A DNA stretch of 64,000 nt, from assembly GCA_029260165.1 (NCBI GenBank), contig JAJDDT010000097.1, positions 11,099 through 75,098 on the forward strand, written 5' to 3'. This document shows, piece after piece, positions 19,626 to 29,970 of the stretch. Positions within the stretch are counted from its first letter, which is position 1. Every line of letters begins with the position of its first letter. Both the position numbers and the translations under genes were made by a program. Under the pieces are notes generated by a model, which worked only from the letters and a program-made list of their open reading frames with translations, did no database searches and was not told the DNA's origin. The DNA comes from Phycisphaerae bacterium. Its GTDB lineage: Bacteria > Planctomycetota > Phycisphaerae > UBA1845.

Positions 19626-20720
19626 TCAGAGATTCTGCAGCCGCTGCTCCTTGTCGTACGTCTGCAAACCGGCGATCAGTTCGCCCAATTCGCCCTGCAT
19701 CAGCTTGTCCAGGCTGTACAAATCCAGCCCGATCCGGTGATCCGTGCAGCGATTCTGCGGGAAGTTGTACGTGCGAATCCGCTGCGATCGGTCCCCGCTG
19801 CCAATCAGGGACTTCCTGGCAGCCGCACGCTCCGAATCCGCAGCCGAGCGAAAATGATCGTACAACCGCACCGTCATGATCCGCCTCGCCTTCGCACGAT
19901 TCTTGTGCTGCGACTTCTCATCGCGCATCGACACCGTGATCCCCGTCTCGTTGTGCACCAGACGAATCGCCGACGACACCTTGTTGACATTCTGACCCCC
20001 CGGACCACCCGCCCGCGAGACAAACTCCTCCGTTTCCAGATCCCAGTTGATCTGAATATCGATCTCCTCAGGCTCCGGAAGCACCGCCACGGTCGCAGCC
20101 GACGTGTGCACCCGACCCTGCGATTCGGTCTCCGGCACACGCTGAACGCGATGACCGCCCGATTCATACCCCAGATGCGAGTAGACGCCATTCCCCCTGA
20201 TCGTCATCGTGAGTTCCTTGAACCCCCCCATGTCCGAACCCGACTGATCCATCACCTCGACCTTGAACCTTTGTTTCTCGCAATAACGCAAATACATCTC
20301 GTAAAGATCGCGACAAAACAACGCAGCCTCCGCCCCACCGGTCCCCGCGCGAATCTCCACGATCACCGACGAAATGGCTGCATCGTCGGAGGTCACAACC
20401 TTCTCCTTGAGACCCTCAAGCTGTTCGGTGTATCGTCGGCGAAGATCGCCAATCTCCGACTCAGCCAACTCCTTCATCTCCGGATCCTGATCCGGGTCCG
20501 CCAGAATCTCCGCAGCTTCGTCCAGCTCTTGCTTTGTCTTTTTCGTCTCAAGATAGGGTTCGACCAACCGACGCAGCTTGCCCGCCTCCCTGGCCAGCGC
20601 GATGCTTTGGGTGGGATCGGACGCGACGGCAGGGTCGATCATCTCGGTATTGATCTCTTCACACCGATCCGCCAACTCCTGCAGTTTCGCGAGCAACCGA
20701 TCGTCTACTGATTCACTCAT
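19626..20720 (-). CDS. prfA: Peptide chain release factor 1
   Basis: EIRAGTGG, ESGGHRVQRVPETE, GRVHTS, GPGGQNVNK, RIRTYNFPQNR. Confidence 0.98.
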   Translation of the reverse strand: MSESVDDRLLAKLQELADRCEEINTEMIDPAVASDPTQSIALAREAGKLRRLVEPYLETKKTKQELDEAAEILADPDQDPEMKELAESEIGDLRRRYTEQLEGLKEKVVTSDDAAISSVIVEIRAGTGGAEAALFCRDLYEMYLRYCEKQRFKVEVMDQSGSDMGGFKELTMTIRGNGVYSHLGYESGGHRVQRVPETESQGRVHTSAATVAVLPEPEEIDIQINWDLETEEFVSRAGGPGGQNVNKVSSAIRLVHNETGITVSMRDEKSQHKNRAKARRIMTVRLYDHFRSAADSERAAARKSLIGSGDRSQRIRTYNFPQNRCTDHRIGLDLYSLDKLMQGELGELIAGLQTYDKEQRLQNL

Positions 20721-20774
20721 CAAACCTCTCCCACGTCACGCCCAACACCGAATGATTCCGAAAACCGCGCAATG

Positions 20775-20820
20775 AAAAACCACGTCGCTCCGCCCGAATC
20801 AGGACGCAAAACGGCGTGGT
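20775..20820 (-). terminator. Possible weak terminator between rpmE and prfA
   Basis: Minus strand ACCACGCCG...CGACGTGGT followed by TTTT; large loop. Confidence 0.35.
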
Positions 20821-20836
20821 ATTGCTGGTGAAAAAG

Positions 20837-21127
20837 CTACTTGCGCGACTTGCTGTCTTTCTTTTTGCCATCGCCTCCGGCGAAATACTTCCCGCCGAAC
20901 TTGTTCTGGAACCGCTGCACGCGACCCAGCGTATCGACGAACTTCTGCTGGCCTGTGAAGAACGGGTGCGACGCGCTGGAAATATCCAGCCTGACCACCG
21001 GATATTCCTTGCCCTCATACTCGATCGTGTCCTTTGGCTTCACGGTCGAGCGGGTCAGAAACATGTGCTTGGCCCCAACGTCGTAGAACACAACGTCGTG
21101 GTATTCGGGATGGATGCCTTTTTTCAT
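20837..21127 (-). CDS. rpmE2: 50S ribosomal protein L31 type B (no zinc-binding Cys)
   Basis: MKKGIHPEY...[27 protein letters not shown]; no cysteines. Confidence 0.96.
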   Translation of the reverse strand: MKKGIHPEYHDVVFYDVGAKHMFLTRSTVKPKDTIEYEGKEYPVVRLDISSASHPFFTGQQKFVDTLGRVQRFQNKFGGKYFAGGDGKKKDSKSRK

Positions 21128-21283
21128 GGGTGCAAATCCTCTTTCCGGATCAAATCAAGACCGGGAAGTCTACCGTCTTCGGCCACCATTGCAACCCCCC
21201 TACTACCATTCCCCCGCCCTGTTGACTATCATGCCGAACGACGATTTCCGGAACGCGACAAAAACAGCAGGAATCACACAACC

Positions 21284-22786
21284 ATGGCCATCCGCGTTTA
21301 CAACACGCTTACGAGGCAAAAAGAACCATTCGAGCCGCTGAACCCGCCCAGGGTCGGTATTTACCTTTGCGGGCCGACGGTTTACAAGCCGTCGCACATA
21401 GGGCACGCCGTCGGACCGATCATTTTTGACTGTGTGAAGCGATACCTTCAATTTCGAGGGTATGACGTCACGCTCGTGATCAACGTCACTGACGTGGACG
21501 ACAAACTCATCATCGAGGCAGATGCCCAAAACACGACGGTCCCCGAATTGGCGGAGCGGATTCTGGGCAGCTATCTGGACGCGATGAACCAGCTCGGTAT
21601 CGATTCGATCGACCTGATGCCGAAGGCTTCGGAGCACATCGGGGACATCTGTGACAACATTCAGAAACTGATCGACAACGACGTTGCGTATGTTTCGGGG
21701 CAGGACGTTTATTTCGACGTCACGCGCGACGACGACTACGGCAAGCTTTCCAGCCGCAAGGTCGAAGACCAGACCGAACACCGGGACGTTGTCGGCGAAA
21801 CGAAGCGCAACCCCAGCGATTTTGCGCTCTGGAAGGCAGCCAAACCCGACGAGCCTGATTCGGTCATCTACGATTCCCCGTGGGGACGGGGCAGACCCGG
21901 TTGGCATATTGAATGTTCCGCGATGAGCACGCGTTATCTCGGGGACACGTTTGACATCCACGGTGGTGGGATGGATCTGATTTTCCCACACCATGAAAAT
22001 GAGATTGCGCAGGCGGAGTCTGCGACGAACAAGACGTTCGTCAAGTACTGGCTTCATCACGGATTGACGCGATTCAATACGAAGAAGATCAGCAAATCCG
22101 ACGCGGACATGCAGGAAGCGCTGAAAAAAATGACGCTTTCGCACCTGCTGACGGAATTCACCGGGGAGCAACTTCGCTATTTTGTTATCAGTACGCATTA
22201 TCGACGACCTATTGAGTTTTCCGACGCGGAACTCGATGCGAAAAAGAAAGGGTTGGCGACGTTCCACCGGTTGTTCGAGCGCATCGAGCGTGTCACGCAA
22301 ACGGACCTGTTTTCCCAACCGGCGGACTCCGAAGACGAATGGAAATCGGCTGAAAAATGCGACGCCGACTTCGCCGGGGAGGTTGACGCGTTTGCCATGC
22401 GTTTCGTCGAGATGATGGACGACGACTTCAACACGGCTGGCGCGATCGCGACGCTTTTCGATTTTGCGAATCGTGCGAACCGCTTCATCGAGGAAAACAA
22501 GCTCGAAACCGAGGACAACGTACGGGCCAGGGAAACCGCCATCGCGGCTACGCGGGAACTGATGCGCATGGGCCAGCTTCTGGGGTTGTTCCGAAAGCGC
22601 GCGGAGGTGTCTGCCGTCGGTGACGACGAACTTGTCGGTAAACTGATGGGGATTCTCATCGACGCCCGCGCCCAATCCCGAAAGGCGAAACAATTCGACA
22701 TAGCTGACAGCATCCGCGACCAACTCACGGACGCGGGCGTCGCGCTGGAAGACCGCCCCGACGGGACGCTTTGGCGGATCGAATAG
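21284..22786 (+). CDS. cysS: Cysteine--tRNA ligase
   Basis: Start MAIRVYNTL; [48 protein letters not shown]. Confidence 0.98.
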   Translation: MAIRVYNTLTRQKEPFEPLNPPRVGIYLCGPTVYKPSHIGHAVGPIIFDCVKRYLQFRGYDVTLVINVTDVDDKLIIEADAQNTTVPELAERILGSYLDAMNQLGIDSIDLMPKASEHIGDICDNIQKLIDNDVAYVSGQDVYFDVTRDDDYGKLSSRKVEDQTEHRDVVGETKRNPSDFALWKAAKPDEPDSVIYDSPWGRGRPGWHIECSAMSTRYLGDTFDIHGGGMDLIFPHHENEIAQAESATNKTFVKYWLHHGLTRFNTKKISKSDADMQEALKKMTLSHLLTEFTGEQLRYFVISTHYRRPIEFSDAELDAKKKGLATFHRLFERIERVTQTDLFSQPADSEDEWKSAEKCDADFAGEVDAFAMRFVEMMDDDFNTAGAIATLFDFANRANRFIEENKLETEDNVRARETAIAATRELMRMGQLLGLFRKRAEVSAVGDDELVGKLMGILIDARAQSRKAKQFDIADSIRDQLTDAGVALEDRPDGTLWRIE

Positions 22787-23050
22787 GCTGCCCTGTCGAG
22801 GGTTGCGGCGATGAGATAGATGATGAGGGCGGCGGCGAGGTAGAGGTAGACGGCGATTGTGGTGGGGATGGTTGGGGTTGTCTGGCTGTGTCGTGTTTGC
22901 GTTGTGGGTTGCCTGGTCATGGTCATTTCCTCCACCCTAAAGAACGTTGCAGGCGATCGGAGAAAAATTTTTGTTCGATCACCTGCATGCGCGCCGTGGA
23001 GGGTGTTTTTATCGGACTGCGTGGTCGTGTCGGTTTGGTGTGCGGTGATT

Positions 23051-23167
23051 TGACGGGAATGCGAAACGACGTCCGTTTGCAATTGCGCCGCCCACAAGGG
23101 GCGACGCTACAGAATGGGCATCTGTAAGGCATTACGATCGTACCCGCCGATTCTGTCATGCACCCTG
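23051..23167 (+). repeat. REP/REPIN-like dispersed repeat, family A
   Basis: TGACGGGAATGCGAAACGACGTCCGTTTGCAA...CCCACAAGGGGCGACGCTACAGAATGGG...; homologous to 29751-29828, 57315-57453, 62691-62823. Confidence 0.9.
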
Positions 23168-23265
23168 CGATGATTCAGGCGTCGCTTTACTGTTTCATCC
23201 GACGGGTACAACTGCTAGAATGCGGCTGGGTTTGTGTGGGGAAAGTGTCAATCTCTGGGTGGCTC

Positions 23266-25170
23266 ATGATCGATTCATTCTGGTGCAGGGTTGTTGTCCG
23301 GGCGGTCCCGGTCGTTCTGGTCTTTGCGCTTTTTTCGGGTGCGGGGTCGGTTCTGTTCGAGGACGTCACTGTGATGGCTGGCCTGAATACGGCGCATACG
23401 GTTCCGGGTTCCGGGTCGGTCTTTTTCTGTGATGAGGAAGTCCGCATGTCGGCGGGGGCTGCGGCTGTCGATGTGAATCTCGACGGCTGGACGGATTTGT
23501 ATGTGACGAGGATCGGGTCATCGAATCTGCTCTACATTAACAACGGTGACGGCACGTTTTCCGAGCGGGCTGCGGCTGCGGGTGTCGCTCTTGTGGCGAA
23601 CAGTTCGGGGGTCGCGTTTGCGGACGTGGATAACGACGGGGACGATGATTTGTATGTGCAGACGATCCTCGGACTGCGAAAACACCTGTATATCAACGAC
23701 GGTACGGGGTCGTTTTCGGAGGAGGCCCTTGCCCGTGGGGTGGGGGTTCCGATTTCCAGTACGCGTGGGACCAGCGCTACGTTTGGCGATTATGAAAACG
23801 ATGGCGATCTCGATCTGCATGTGCTTGAGTGGTCGAACATCTCTGCGCAGAATCTTCTTTTTCAAAACGACGGCAGCGGGCAATTCGCCGACGTCACGAT
23901 CGCCGCCGGGTTGTCGCTGTCGGGTACGTTTGGTTTTGCAAATGCCTTTGCGGATATCAACAGCGACGGTTTTTCCGATCTTCTGATTGCGGCTGACTTT
24001 GGTACGAGCCGCCTTTTTCAGAACCGTGGAAACGGGGGGTTTGCCGACATTACGATGTCGGGTTCGGTTGGTACCGACGAGAACGGTATGGGTTCTGCGG
24101 TTGGCGACTATGACGGAGACGGTGATCTGGACTGGTTCGTTACTTCTATTTTCGATTCCAACCAAACGTGCGATACGATGCCTTGTAACTGGGGAAACAC
24201 GGGCAATCGGCTTTACCGAAATGATTCGGGTGGGACGACGTTTTCCGACGTCACGGACCTTGCGGGCGTGCGTGACGGAGCCTGGGGTTGGGGGGCGTCC
24301 TTTTTCGACTACGACAACGACGGCGACCTTGACCTTGGTATGACCAATGGTGTTGTGTTTCCGTGCATTGCCTTTGACGATGCATTCAACGCGGACCCGC
24401 TGCGACTGTGGGACAACGACGGTACGGGGGTAATGACGGAGGTGAGCGGTGTCGCGGGATTTACGAACACCGGGTCCGGGAAGGGGTTCGTCGTTTTCGA
24501 TTACGACAACGACGGGGATCTCGACGTTTTCATTGCCAATAACGGCGACATGCCTGTTCTTTACAGGAACAACGGTGGGAACACGAACAACTGGCTTCGG
24601 GTTGACGTGATCGGGGAGATATCGAACCGAATGGGTCTCGGGGCGCGTGTCAGGGTTCGCGTCAATCCGACTGATTCATTCCAGCTTCGCGAAGTCAATG
24701 CGAACAGCAACTACATGTCGCAGAATGAAACCACCGCGCATTTCGGGGTCGGTCCCGGCGTGACGTCGATCGATCTTGTCCGCGTTGAGTGGCCTGCTTC
24801 GGGGTTTGTTCAGGAGTTCAGGAACGTTTTGCCGAACCAGACCCTGGTTGTTCAGGAGGGGAACAGTATTGATCTCGACGGGATTGTCGATGGTGCGGAC
24901 GGGTCAGCGATTGCGACGTGTCTGACCGGACCGGACGTTGAATCGATTCCGATCGGTTGCGGGTTTGCGGACCTCGACGCCGACGGCGACGTTGACTGCG
25001 TTGACTGGCAAACGTTTCAATCGCTCTGGACCGAACCCCTGCCGCCACCGACCATTTTTGAATGCGATGGCGGTATTCCGACAACTTCGGAGTGGGGTCT
25101 GGTCCTGATTGCGTTGGGACTTGCCACGGCGGGTACGCTTGTTTTTCGGCGACTGCCCTGCCCTCAATGA
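23266..25170 (+). CDS. CRTAC1/ASPIC-UnbV family FG-GAP repeat protein with dockerin-like and IPTL-type sorting tail
   Basis: Repeated DxDxDGDxDL loops; LYRN..NNWLRV..GLGARV..HFGVG (ASPIC/UnbV); tail IPTTSEWGLVLIALGLATAGTLVFRR. Confidence 0.9.
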   Translation: MIDSFWCRVVVRAVPVVLVFALFSGAGSVLFEDVTVMAGLNTAHTVPGSGSVFFCDEEVRMSAGAAAVDVNLDGWTDLYVTRIGSSNLLYINNGDGTFSERAAAAGVALVANSSGVAFADVDNDGDDDLYVQTILGLRKHLYINDGTGSFSEEALARGVGVPISSTRGTSATFGDYENDGDLDLHVLEWSNISAQNLLFQNDGSGQFADVTIAAGLSLSGTFGFANAFADINSDGFSDLLIAADFGTSRLFQNRGNGGFADITMSGSVGTDENGMGSAVGDYDGDGDLDWFVTSIFDSNQTCDTMPCNWGNTGNRLYRNDSGGTTFSDVTDLAGVRDGAWGWGASFFDYDNDGDLDLGMTNGVVFPCIAFDDAFNADPLRLWDNDGTGVMTEVSGVAGFTNTGSGKGFVVFDYDNDGDLDVFIANNGDMPVLYRNNGGNTNNWLRVDVIGEISNRMGLGARVRVRVNPTDSFQLREVNANSNYMSQNETTAHFGVGPGVTSIDLVRVEWPASGFVQEFRNVLPNQTLVVQEGNSIDLDGIVDGADGSAIATCLTGPDVESIPIGCGFADLDADGDVDCVDWQTFQSLWTEPLPPPTIFECDGGIPTTSEWGLVLIALGLATAGTLVFRRLPCPQ

Positions 25171-25254
25171 GACGATCCGCCCGTCGTCGCACAAAATCCG
25201 GAGCGGATTCATGTTCAACGCAGTGATTGGCCTGCTGACGTTTTATTGTTCTCA

Positions 25255-25280
25255 CGTCACCCACGAGGGGTGACGCTACA
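25255..25280. repeat. Single REP-like palindrome, family A
   Basis: CGTCACCCACGAGGGGTGACGCTACA between convergent genes. Confidence 0.85.
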
Positions 25281-25308
25281 TCAGAACCTGGAAACAAGCT
25301 GAAGACGA

Positions 25309-25773
25309 CTACTTTGCTTTGCCGACGTGTTTTTCCATGGACAACGTTTTGGTCACGATCATCCATTTTCCGTCCGACTTCAGCAGGGTCAGGAAATCGG
25401 TGTAGGTGTTTTGGGGAAACCTGATTGTTGCCTTGACCGAGGCGGCGGTTCCGACGACGTCGACGGCGACGATTTTCATTTCCGGATTCATTTTGGCGGT
25501 CACGTCGGGCGGGAGCATTTTGAGGCCTTTGTACCATTTGGACACGTTGTATTTCTCGATTTTCCCTCGATCGTCGATCCGAAAAATGTCGCAATCGGGA
25601 TGAAACGATTTTGCAAGCATGTCGAAATCGGTCTTGACGAACCCCTTGAAATAGCCATCCACGACGGAGCGAACGGCTTTTCCGTCGTCACTGCCTGTCC
25701 CGGTTATTGGTTGGGCAAGCACGATCGCGGCTGGCACGACCAACATCAAACTCACCCATCGTCGAATCTTCAC
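25309..25773 (-). CDS. Secreted NTF2-like (putative lumazine-binding) protein
   Basis: GTG start with GGAGG RBS; signal peptide; FHPD, VDVVGTAASVK, YTDFLTLLK.DGKWMIVTK. Confidence 0.85.
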   Translation of the reverse strand: MKIRRWVSLMLVVPAAIVLAQPITGTGSDDGKAVRSVVDGYFKGFVKTDFDMLAKSFHPDCDIFRIDDRGKIEKYNVSKWYKGLKMLPPDVTAKMNPEMKIVAVDVVGTAASVKATIRFPQNTYTDFLTLLKSDGKWMIVTKTLSMEKHVGKAK

Positions 25774-25840
25774 GGTGTCCTCCTTCATGGTTGTCTTCGC
25801 GTTTTCAAACGGACAGCCCGCCGCTTGCGGGTCGGTGGAA

Positions 25841-27226
25841 CTATTGTCCGGAAACTGCTTCTGAAAGGCAAATGTCCACGCAATCGGCGAGAAAATCACA
25901 ATCGTCTCTGGTCAGACACATCGGTGGCTTGATCCGAATCACATTGCCATACAAGCCACCCTTGCCCAGCAGCAGCCCGCGCTTCTTGGCGTTTTCCACC
26001 ACGTTGGCGGTCTCTGCGACGGCAGGCTCTTTGCTCACTCGATCTTTCACCAGTTCGACGCCGAGCATCAGTCCCATCCCGCGGACCTCGCCGATCAGGG
26101 TATGTTTGTCCATCAGGGCGGTCAGCTTGTCCTTCAAATATCCGCCAACCTCTTTCGCATTCTGTTGAATTTTTTCCTCGTCGATGATTTCCAACACGCT
26201 CAACCCCTGAAGCACCGATACCGGATTTCCACCAAACGTGTTGAAATGCAGGCGTTTGGCCATGTGTTTGCCGATTTCCGGTCGGGTTGTGCACGCCCCC
26301 AGCGGTGCGCCATTTCCAATTCCCTTGGCCATCGTCACCATGTCGGGCACGACGCCCCAATTCTCAAATCCCCAGTAGTGGTCGCCGGTTCTGCCGAACC
26401 CGGTTTGTACCTCGTCGGCGATACACAGCCCGCCATATTTGCGAACGATGTCGTACACGATTCCGAAATACTCCGGTGGTGGGGTTACCGTGCCGCCCAC
26501 GCCCTGAATGGGTTCGGCGATCATGGCTGCGATCTCGCCGCTGGTTTCGTATCGAATCACATCCTCGACGCTCTTGGCGCACTTCAAATCGCAGGATGGA
26601 TACTCGAGACCAAACGGGCATCGATAACAATAGGCCGGCGGAAGATGTTTGATGCCCGGGGCACTCATCACGGGATACTTCCACGTTCCGACGGCGGTCA
26701 AACTCATGGCCTGATGCGACCCGCCGTGATAGCCGTTGCGAAGGGTTAGCACATCATGACGTCCGGTGTGCAGCCTCGCCATGTGGATGGCCAACTCATT
26801 TGAATCGGTCCCTGCGTTGGTTACATAGGTCGATTTCAGATTGCTTCCGTCGGGCATCCTCTCGGCGAGCGCTTTGCAAAATTCGATCACGTTGGGGTGG
26901 AGGTAAATCGTCGTGGTGTGGACGAGCTTTCCCACCTGCTCGCGTACGCGCTCGGTGATCTTCGGATGACAATGCCCGACGGACACCGTCACGATGCCGG
27001 CAATTGCATCCAGATATTGCTTGCCCTTTTCGTCCCACAGATATTGCATGTGCCCTTCAACGATCGCGATGGGATCCTTGTAGTACATCAGCATGCCGGG
27101 GTTTACATATTCCCTGCGTAATGCGAGCATCTCGTCGCGCGACGGTCCGTCGTAGGCGACCGGCTTGTGATCACACACGGGCAGGGGTATTCGCTTTTCA
27201 CTTGTTCCGGTCGATGACATTGTCAT
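25841..27226 (-). CDS. Class III PLP aminotransferase (AGXT2/beta-alanine aminotransferase-like)
   Basis: YLDAIAGIVTVSVGHCHP, AEPIQGVGG, DEVQTGFGRTG, MAKGIGNG, NTFGGNP. Confidence 0.92.
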   Translation of the reverse strand: MTMSSTGTSEKRIPLPVCDHKPVAYDGPSRDEMLALRREYVNPGMLMYYKDPIAIVEGHMQYLWDEKGKQYLDAIAGIVTVSVGHCHPKITERVREQVGKLVHTTTIYLHPNVIEFCKALAERMPDGSNLKSTYVTNAGTDSNELAIHMARLHTGRHDVLTLRNGYHGGSHQAMSLTAVGTWKYPVMSAPGIKHLPPAYCYRCPFGLEYPSCDLKCAKSVEDVIRYETSGEIAAMIAEPIQGVGGTVTPPPEYFGIVYDIVRKYGGLCIADEVQTGFGRTGDHYWGFENWGVVPDMVTMAKGIGNGAPLGACTTRPEIGKHMAKRLHFNTFGGNPVSVLQGLSVLEIIDEEKIQQNAKEVGGYLKDKLTALMDKHTLIGEVRGMGLMLGVELVKDRVSKEPAVAETANVVENAKKRGLLLGKGGLYGNVIRIKPPMCLTRDDCDFLADCVDICLSEAVSGQ

Positions 27227-28689
27227 CCCTCCTTCGTTGCATGATCCTCATGTATAAACGGTGCTTCAGGCTCACCGGCATGTTCCGTTGACAAACCACG
27301 TTCGGCGGGCGTCCCCGCAATCACATTATCCAACACAATTCCAATCAACGCAGCCACCGCCATCCCTGTCCTGCCGACCGAATCGATCGTTGTTCTCAAT
27401 CCTTCCGGTAACCCATCCAGCAAGGCTGCTGCTCCGGGGGTGTAGGTTGTGTAGCCTTCAAAATAGGCGGGCACTGACAATCCCATGAACAAGCTGAAAC
27501 CTGCGATGAACAGATTCCGATCGCTCGACAGGTCCGCCTTGGCGAGCTGTTGAATTCCGACGGCGGCGATCAGGCCGAACAATGCACAATACAACCCGCC
27601 GACGACAGGTCCGGGTATCGTGGCTGCGAACGCTCCGAATTTCGCAAAAATCCCCAGCAGGACCAGCAACACACCCGCTACCTGCACGACGTATCGAGAG
27701 GCGACCTTGGTCAACCCCACCAGTCCGATATTTTCCGAATAGGACGTTGAACTGAAACCTCCCAACATCCCCGTCAGCAAACAACCAATTCCCTCGCAAC
27801 CAATTCCCCGGGAAATTTGCTTTTCAGTCGGCTCGCCACCACCAGCCATGTACGAACATGCGTGGTAATCCCCAAACGACTCGATCATCGACGCCAGGAA
27901 CCCCGCGAACACAGCCACGATGAACCCCATTTTGAACGTCGGTACGCCCCAGGGCAGGATCAGTTCGGCTGGATTTGCCCTTAACCATGGTGACGATTTG
28001 ACGCTCTCCAGACTTACAAATGAAGGATGTCCCTTTTCAAACACGCCCATCCACGAACAGAATCCCGCGACCGCACAGGCCACCACCACGGCGGACAGGA
28101 TTGGAAAAATCCGAAAAAACCGGGACCGTCGGGACAGCACGAGTGAAAACACAATCACCAGCAGTATCGTCAGCCCTGAGATGGGCCAGTGTGTTCCCGC
28201 CTTGGGCGCCCCGTGCTGAAACAACGCCAACCCGATCAGCATGATGACCGGTCCGATCACGACGGGCGACAGGAATCGTCGCAAATATCCCATCAATCCC
28301 GAAAACCCGATCACGATCTCAATCACGGCCCCGACGATGATCGACCCTGCGATCATCGCCATCATCCCGGCTGGGTCGAGACCGTTTTCCTTTCCAAAAC
28401 CAATGATCGCGATGAAGGCTGCCAGGAACGAAAAGGACACCCCCTGGATAATCGGCAGCCGCGATCCGAACGTCGCCTGCACAATCGTCGCCAACCCGGA
28501 ACACAACATCACGGAACTGATCAGGGTCGCAATCTGCTCCGGCGACATGCCCATCATCGGACCGAGCAACAACGGCACCGCGACGGTTGAACCAAACATT
28601 GTCAGCACATGCTGCAGCGCAAGTATGACCGCCTTGCCCAGCGGTGGCCTGCTGTCCAACGGATACAAAATGTCCGACGCTTTCGCCAT
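27223..28689 (-). CDS. NCS2 family nucleobase permease (uracil/xanthine)
   Basis: LQHVLTMFG, GSRLPIIQG, ESFGD, SYSENIGLVGLTKVASR signature. Confidence 0.94.
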   Translation of the reverse strand: MAKASDILYPLDSRPPLGKAVILALQHVLTMFGSTVAVPLLLGPMMGMSPEQIATLISSVMLCSGLATIVQATFGSRLPIIQGVSFSFLAAFIAIIGFGKENGLDPAGMMAMIAGSIIVGAVIEIVIGFSGLMGYLRRFLSPVVIGPVIMLIGLALFQHGAPKAGTHWPISGLTILLVIVFSLVLSRRSRFFRIFPILSAVVVACAVAGFCSWMGVFEKGHPSFVSLESVKSSPWLRANPAELILPWGVPTFKMGFIVAVFAGFLASMIESFGDYHACSYMAGGGEPTEKQISRGIGCEGIGCLLTGMLGGFSSTSYSENIGLVGLTKVASRYVVQVAGVLLVLLGIFAKFGAFAATIPGPVVGGLYCALFGLIAAVGIQQLAKADLSSDRNLFIAGFSLFMGLSVPAYFEGYTTYTPGAAALLDGLPEGLRTTIDSVGRTGMAVAALIGIVLDNVIAGTPAERGLSTEHAGEPEAPFIHEDHATKEG

Positions 28690-28704
28690 CAACCCGGACG
28701 CCCG

Positions 28705-29574
28705 CTATTCTGCCACGATTTCTTCATACGCGTCGGGTCTGCGATCACGGAAGAATTGCCATGTATTGCGTACCTCGCGAATCAAATCCAGATTCATGTC
28801 CGTCACGACGATCGCGTCCTCGTCGCGAGACCCTTCCGCGACGATCTTCCCGCGTGGATCGCAAAAATAGCTCGTTCCGTAGAAATGGCCTATGTTCCAC
28901 GGTGCCTCGGTCCCCGGGCGATTGATCGCACCCACATAATACTGGTTGGCCACGGCGTGTGCGGGCTGTTCCAGTTTCCATAAATACTCGCTCAACCCGG
29001 CCACTGTGGCTGACGGGTTGAACAATATCTCCGCGCCGTTCAGTCCCAGACAGCGCGCGCCTTCGGGGAAATGGCGATCGTAGCAGATATAGACGGCCAC
29101 CTTTCCAACACGCGTGTTAAACACCGGGTACCCGGTGTTGCCCGGGCGAAAATAAAACTTCTCCCAGAATCCCGGTGCGCAGTGCGGAATATGCGTTTTG
29201 CGATACTTGCCAAGGTAGGTTCCATCCGCGTCGATGACGGCGGCGGTGTTGTAGTAGACGCCTGTCATGTCCTCCTCGTAAACAGGAATGACCATGACCA
29301 TCTCGTGTTTTTTGGCCAGCTCGCACATCAACTGCGTCGTCGGACCGTCGGGCACGCGTTCGGTCAGCGAGTACCACTTCGCATCCTGCTCTGCACAGAA
29401 ATAGGGTCCATAGAAAAGCTCCTGCAGACAGATCACCTGCACGCCCTGATTCGCGGCGTCTGCGATCATGGCTACATGCTTGTCGATCATCGACTTCTTG
29501 ATCTTTTCCACCGGCGACGTCGCAGGCTCGCACAACGTCGCCTGAATCAATCCACCCCGCACGATCCGGTCCAT
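28705..29574 (-). CDS. Beta-ureidopropionase (nitrilase family)
   Basis: CLQELF, KYRKTHIP, FWEKFYFRPG, ICYDRHFPE, NPSAT; AAGGAG RBS before ATG 29574. Confidence 0.9.
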   Translation of the reverse strand: MDRIVRGGLIQATLCEPATSPVEKIKKSMIDKHVAMIADAANQGVQVICLQELFYGPYFCAEQDAKWYSLTERVPDGPTTQLMCELAKKHEMVMVIPVYEEDMTGVYYNTAAVIDADGTYLGKYRKTHIPHCAPGFWEKFYFRPGNTGYPVFNTRVGKVAVYICYDRHFPEGARCLGLNGAEILFNPSATVAGLSEYLWKLEQPAHAVANQYYVGAINRPGTEAPWNIGHFYGTSYFCDPRGKIVAEGSRDEDAIVVTDMNLDLIREVRNTWQFFRDRRPDAYEEIVAE

Positions 29575-29699
29575 GCCAAACTCCTTCGCAGCTATGCAAA
29601 ACCCGACAAATTCCAAGCGCACCAGCATAACCCAACCAACCCATCAGGCAATAAGAGCCTTCTCCGGGGCGGGTGCGAGCCACCCGGTCGAGCGTGATG

Positions 29700-29744
29700 A
29701 TTCGACTCCCCCAGGAAGCTTCCCGCTGAAGCGATGGGCCACCC
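29700..29744. repeat. Degenerate half copy of repeat family B
   Basis: ATTCGACTCCCCCA...GCTGAAGCGATGGGCCACCC resembles 39361-39396. Confidence 0.7.
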
Positions 29745-29750
29745 ACCCGG

Positions 29751-29828
29751 CGCCCCTTTTGGGGCGACGGCGCGATTTCAAACGGACATCGTTTCGCGTT
29801 CCCGTCACCCACAAGGGGTGACGCTACA
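29751..29828 (-). repeat. REP/REPIN-like dispersed repeat, family A
   Basis: CGCCCCTTTTGGGGCGACG...CGTCACCCACAAGGGGTGACGCTACA inverted pair with the shared spacer. Confidence 0.88.
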
Positions 29829-29970
29829 GAACAGGCACCCGGCCACGCGGTCGTTTCGGTTTGGGGGTGGTGCGGAATGGTACTGCAATTTAAGCTTTCC
29901 GCTGGTGGGCGGTGTTGGTCATTGTTGATGCCCCGGGGTTTTCGCGTTTATTGAGATGGGAGGTGCACAG

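Noticed and set aside
20816-21283. Long N-terminal extension of CysRS in the ORF track
   Set aside because: Overlaps rpmE on the other strand; homology begins at MAIRVYNTL (21284).
22787-23050. G/T-rich stretch giving a hydrophobic minus-strand peptide or an acidic plus-strand peptide
   Set aside because: Minus frame runs deep into cysS and plus frame is low complexity; no supportable gene.
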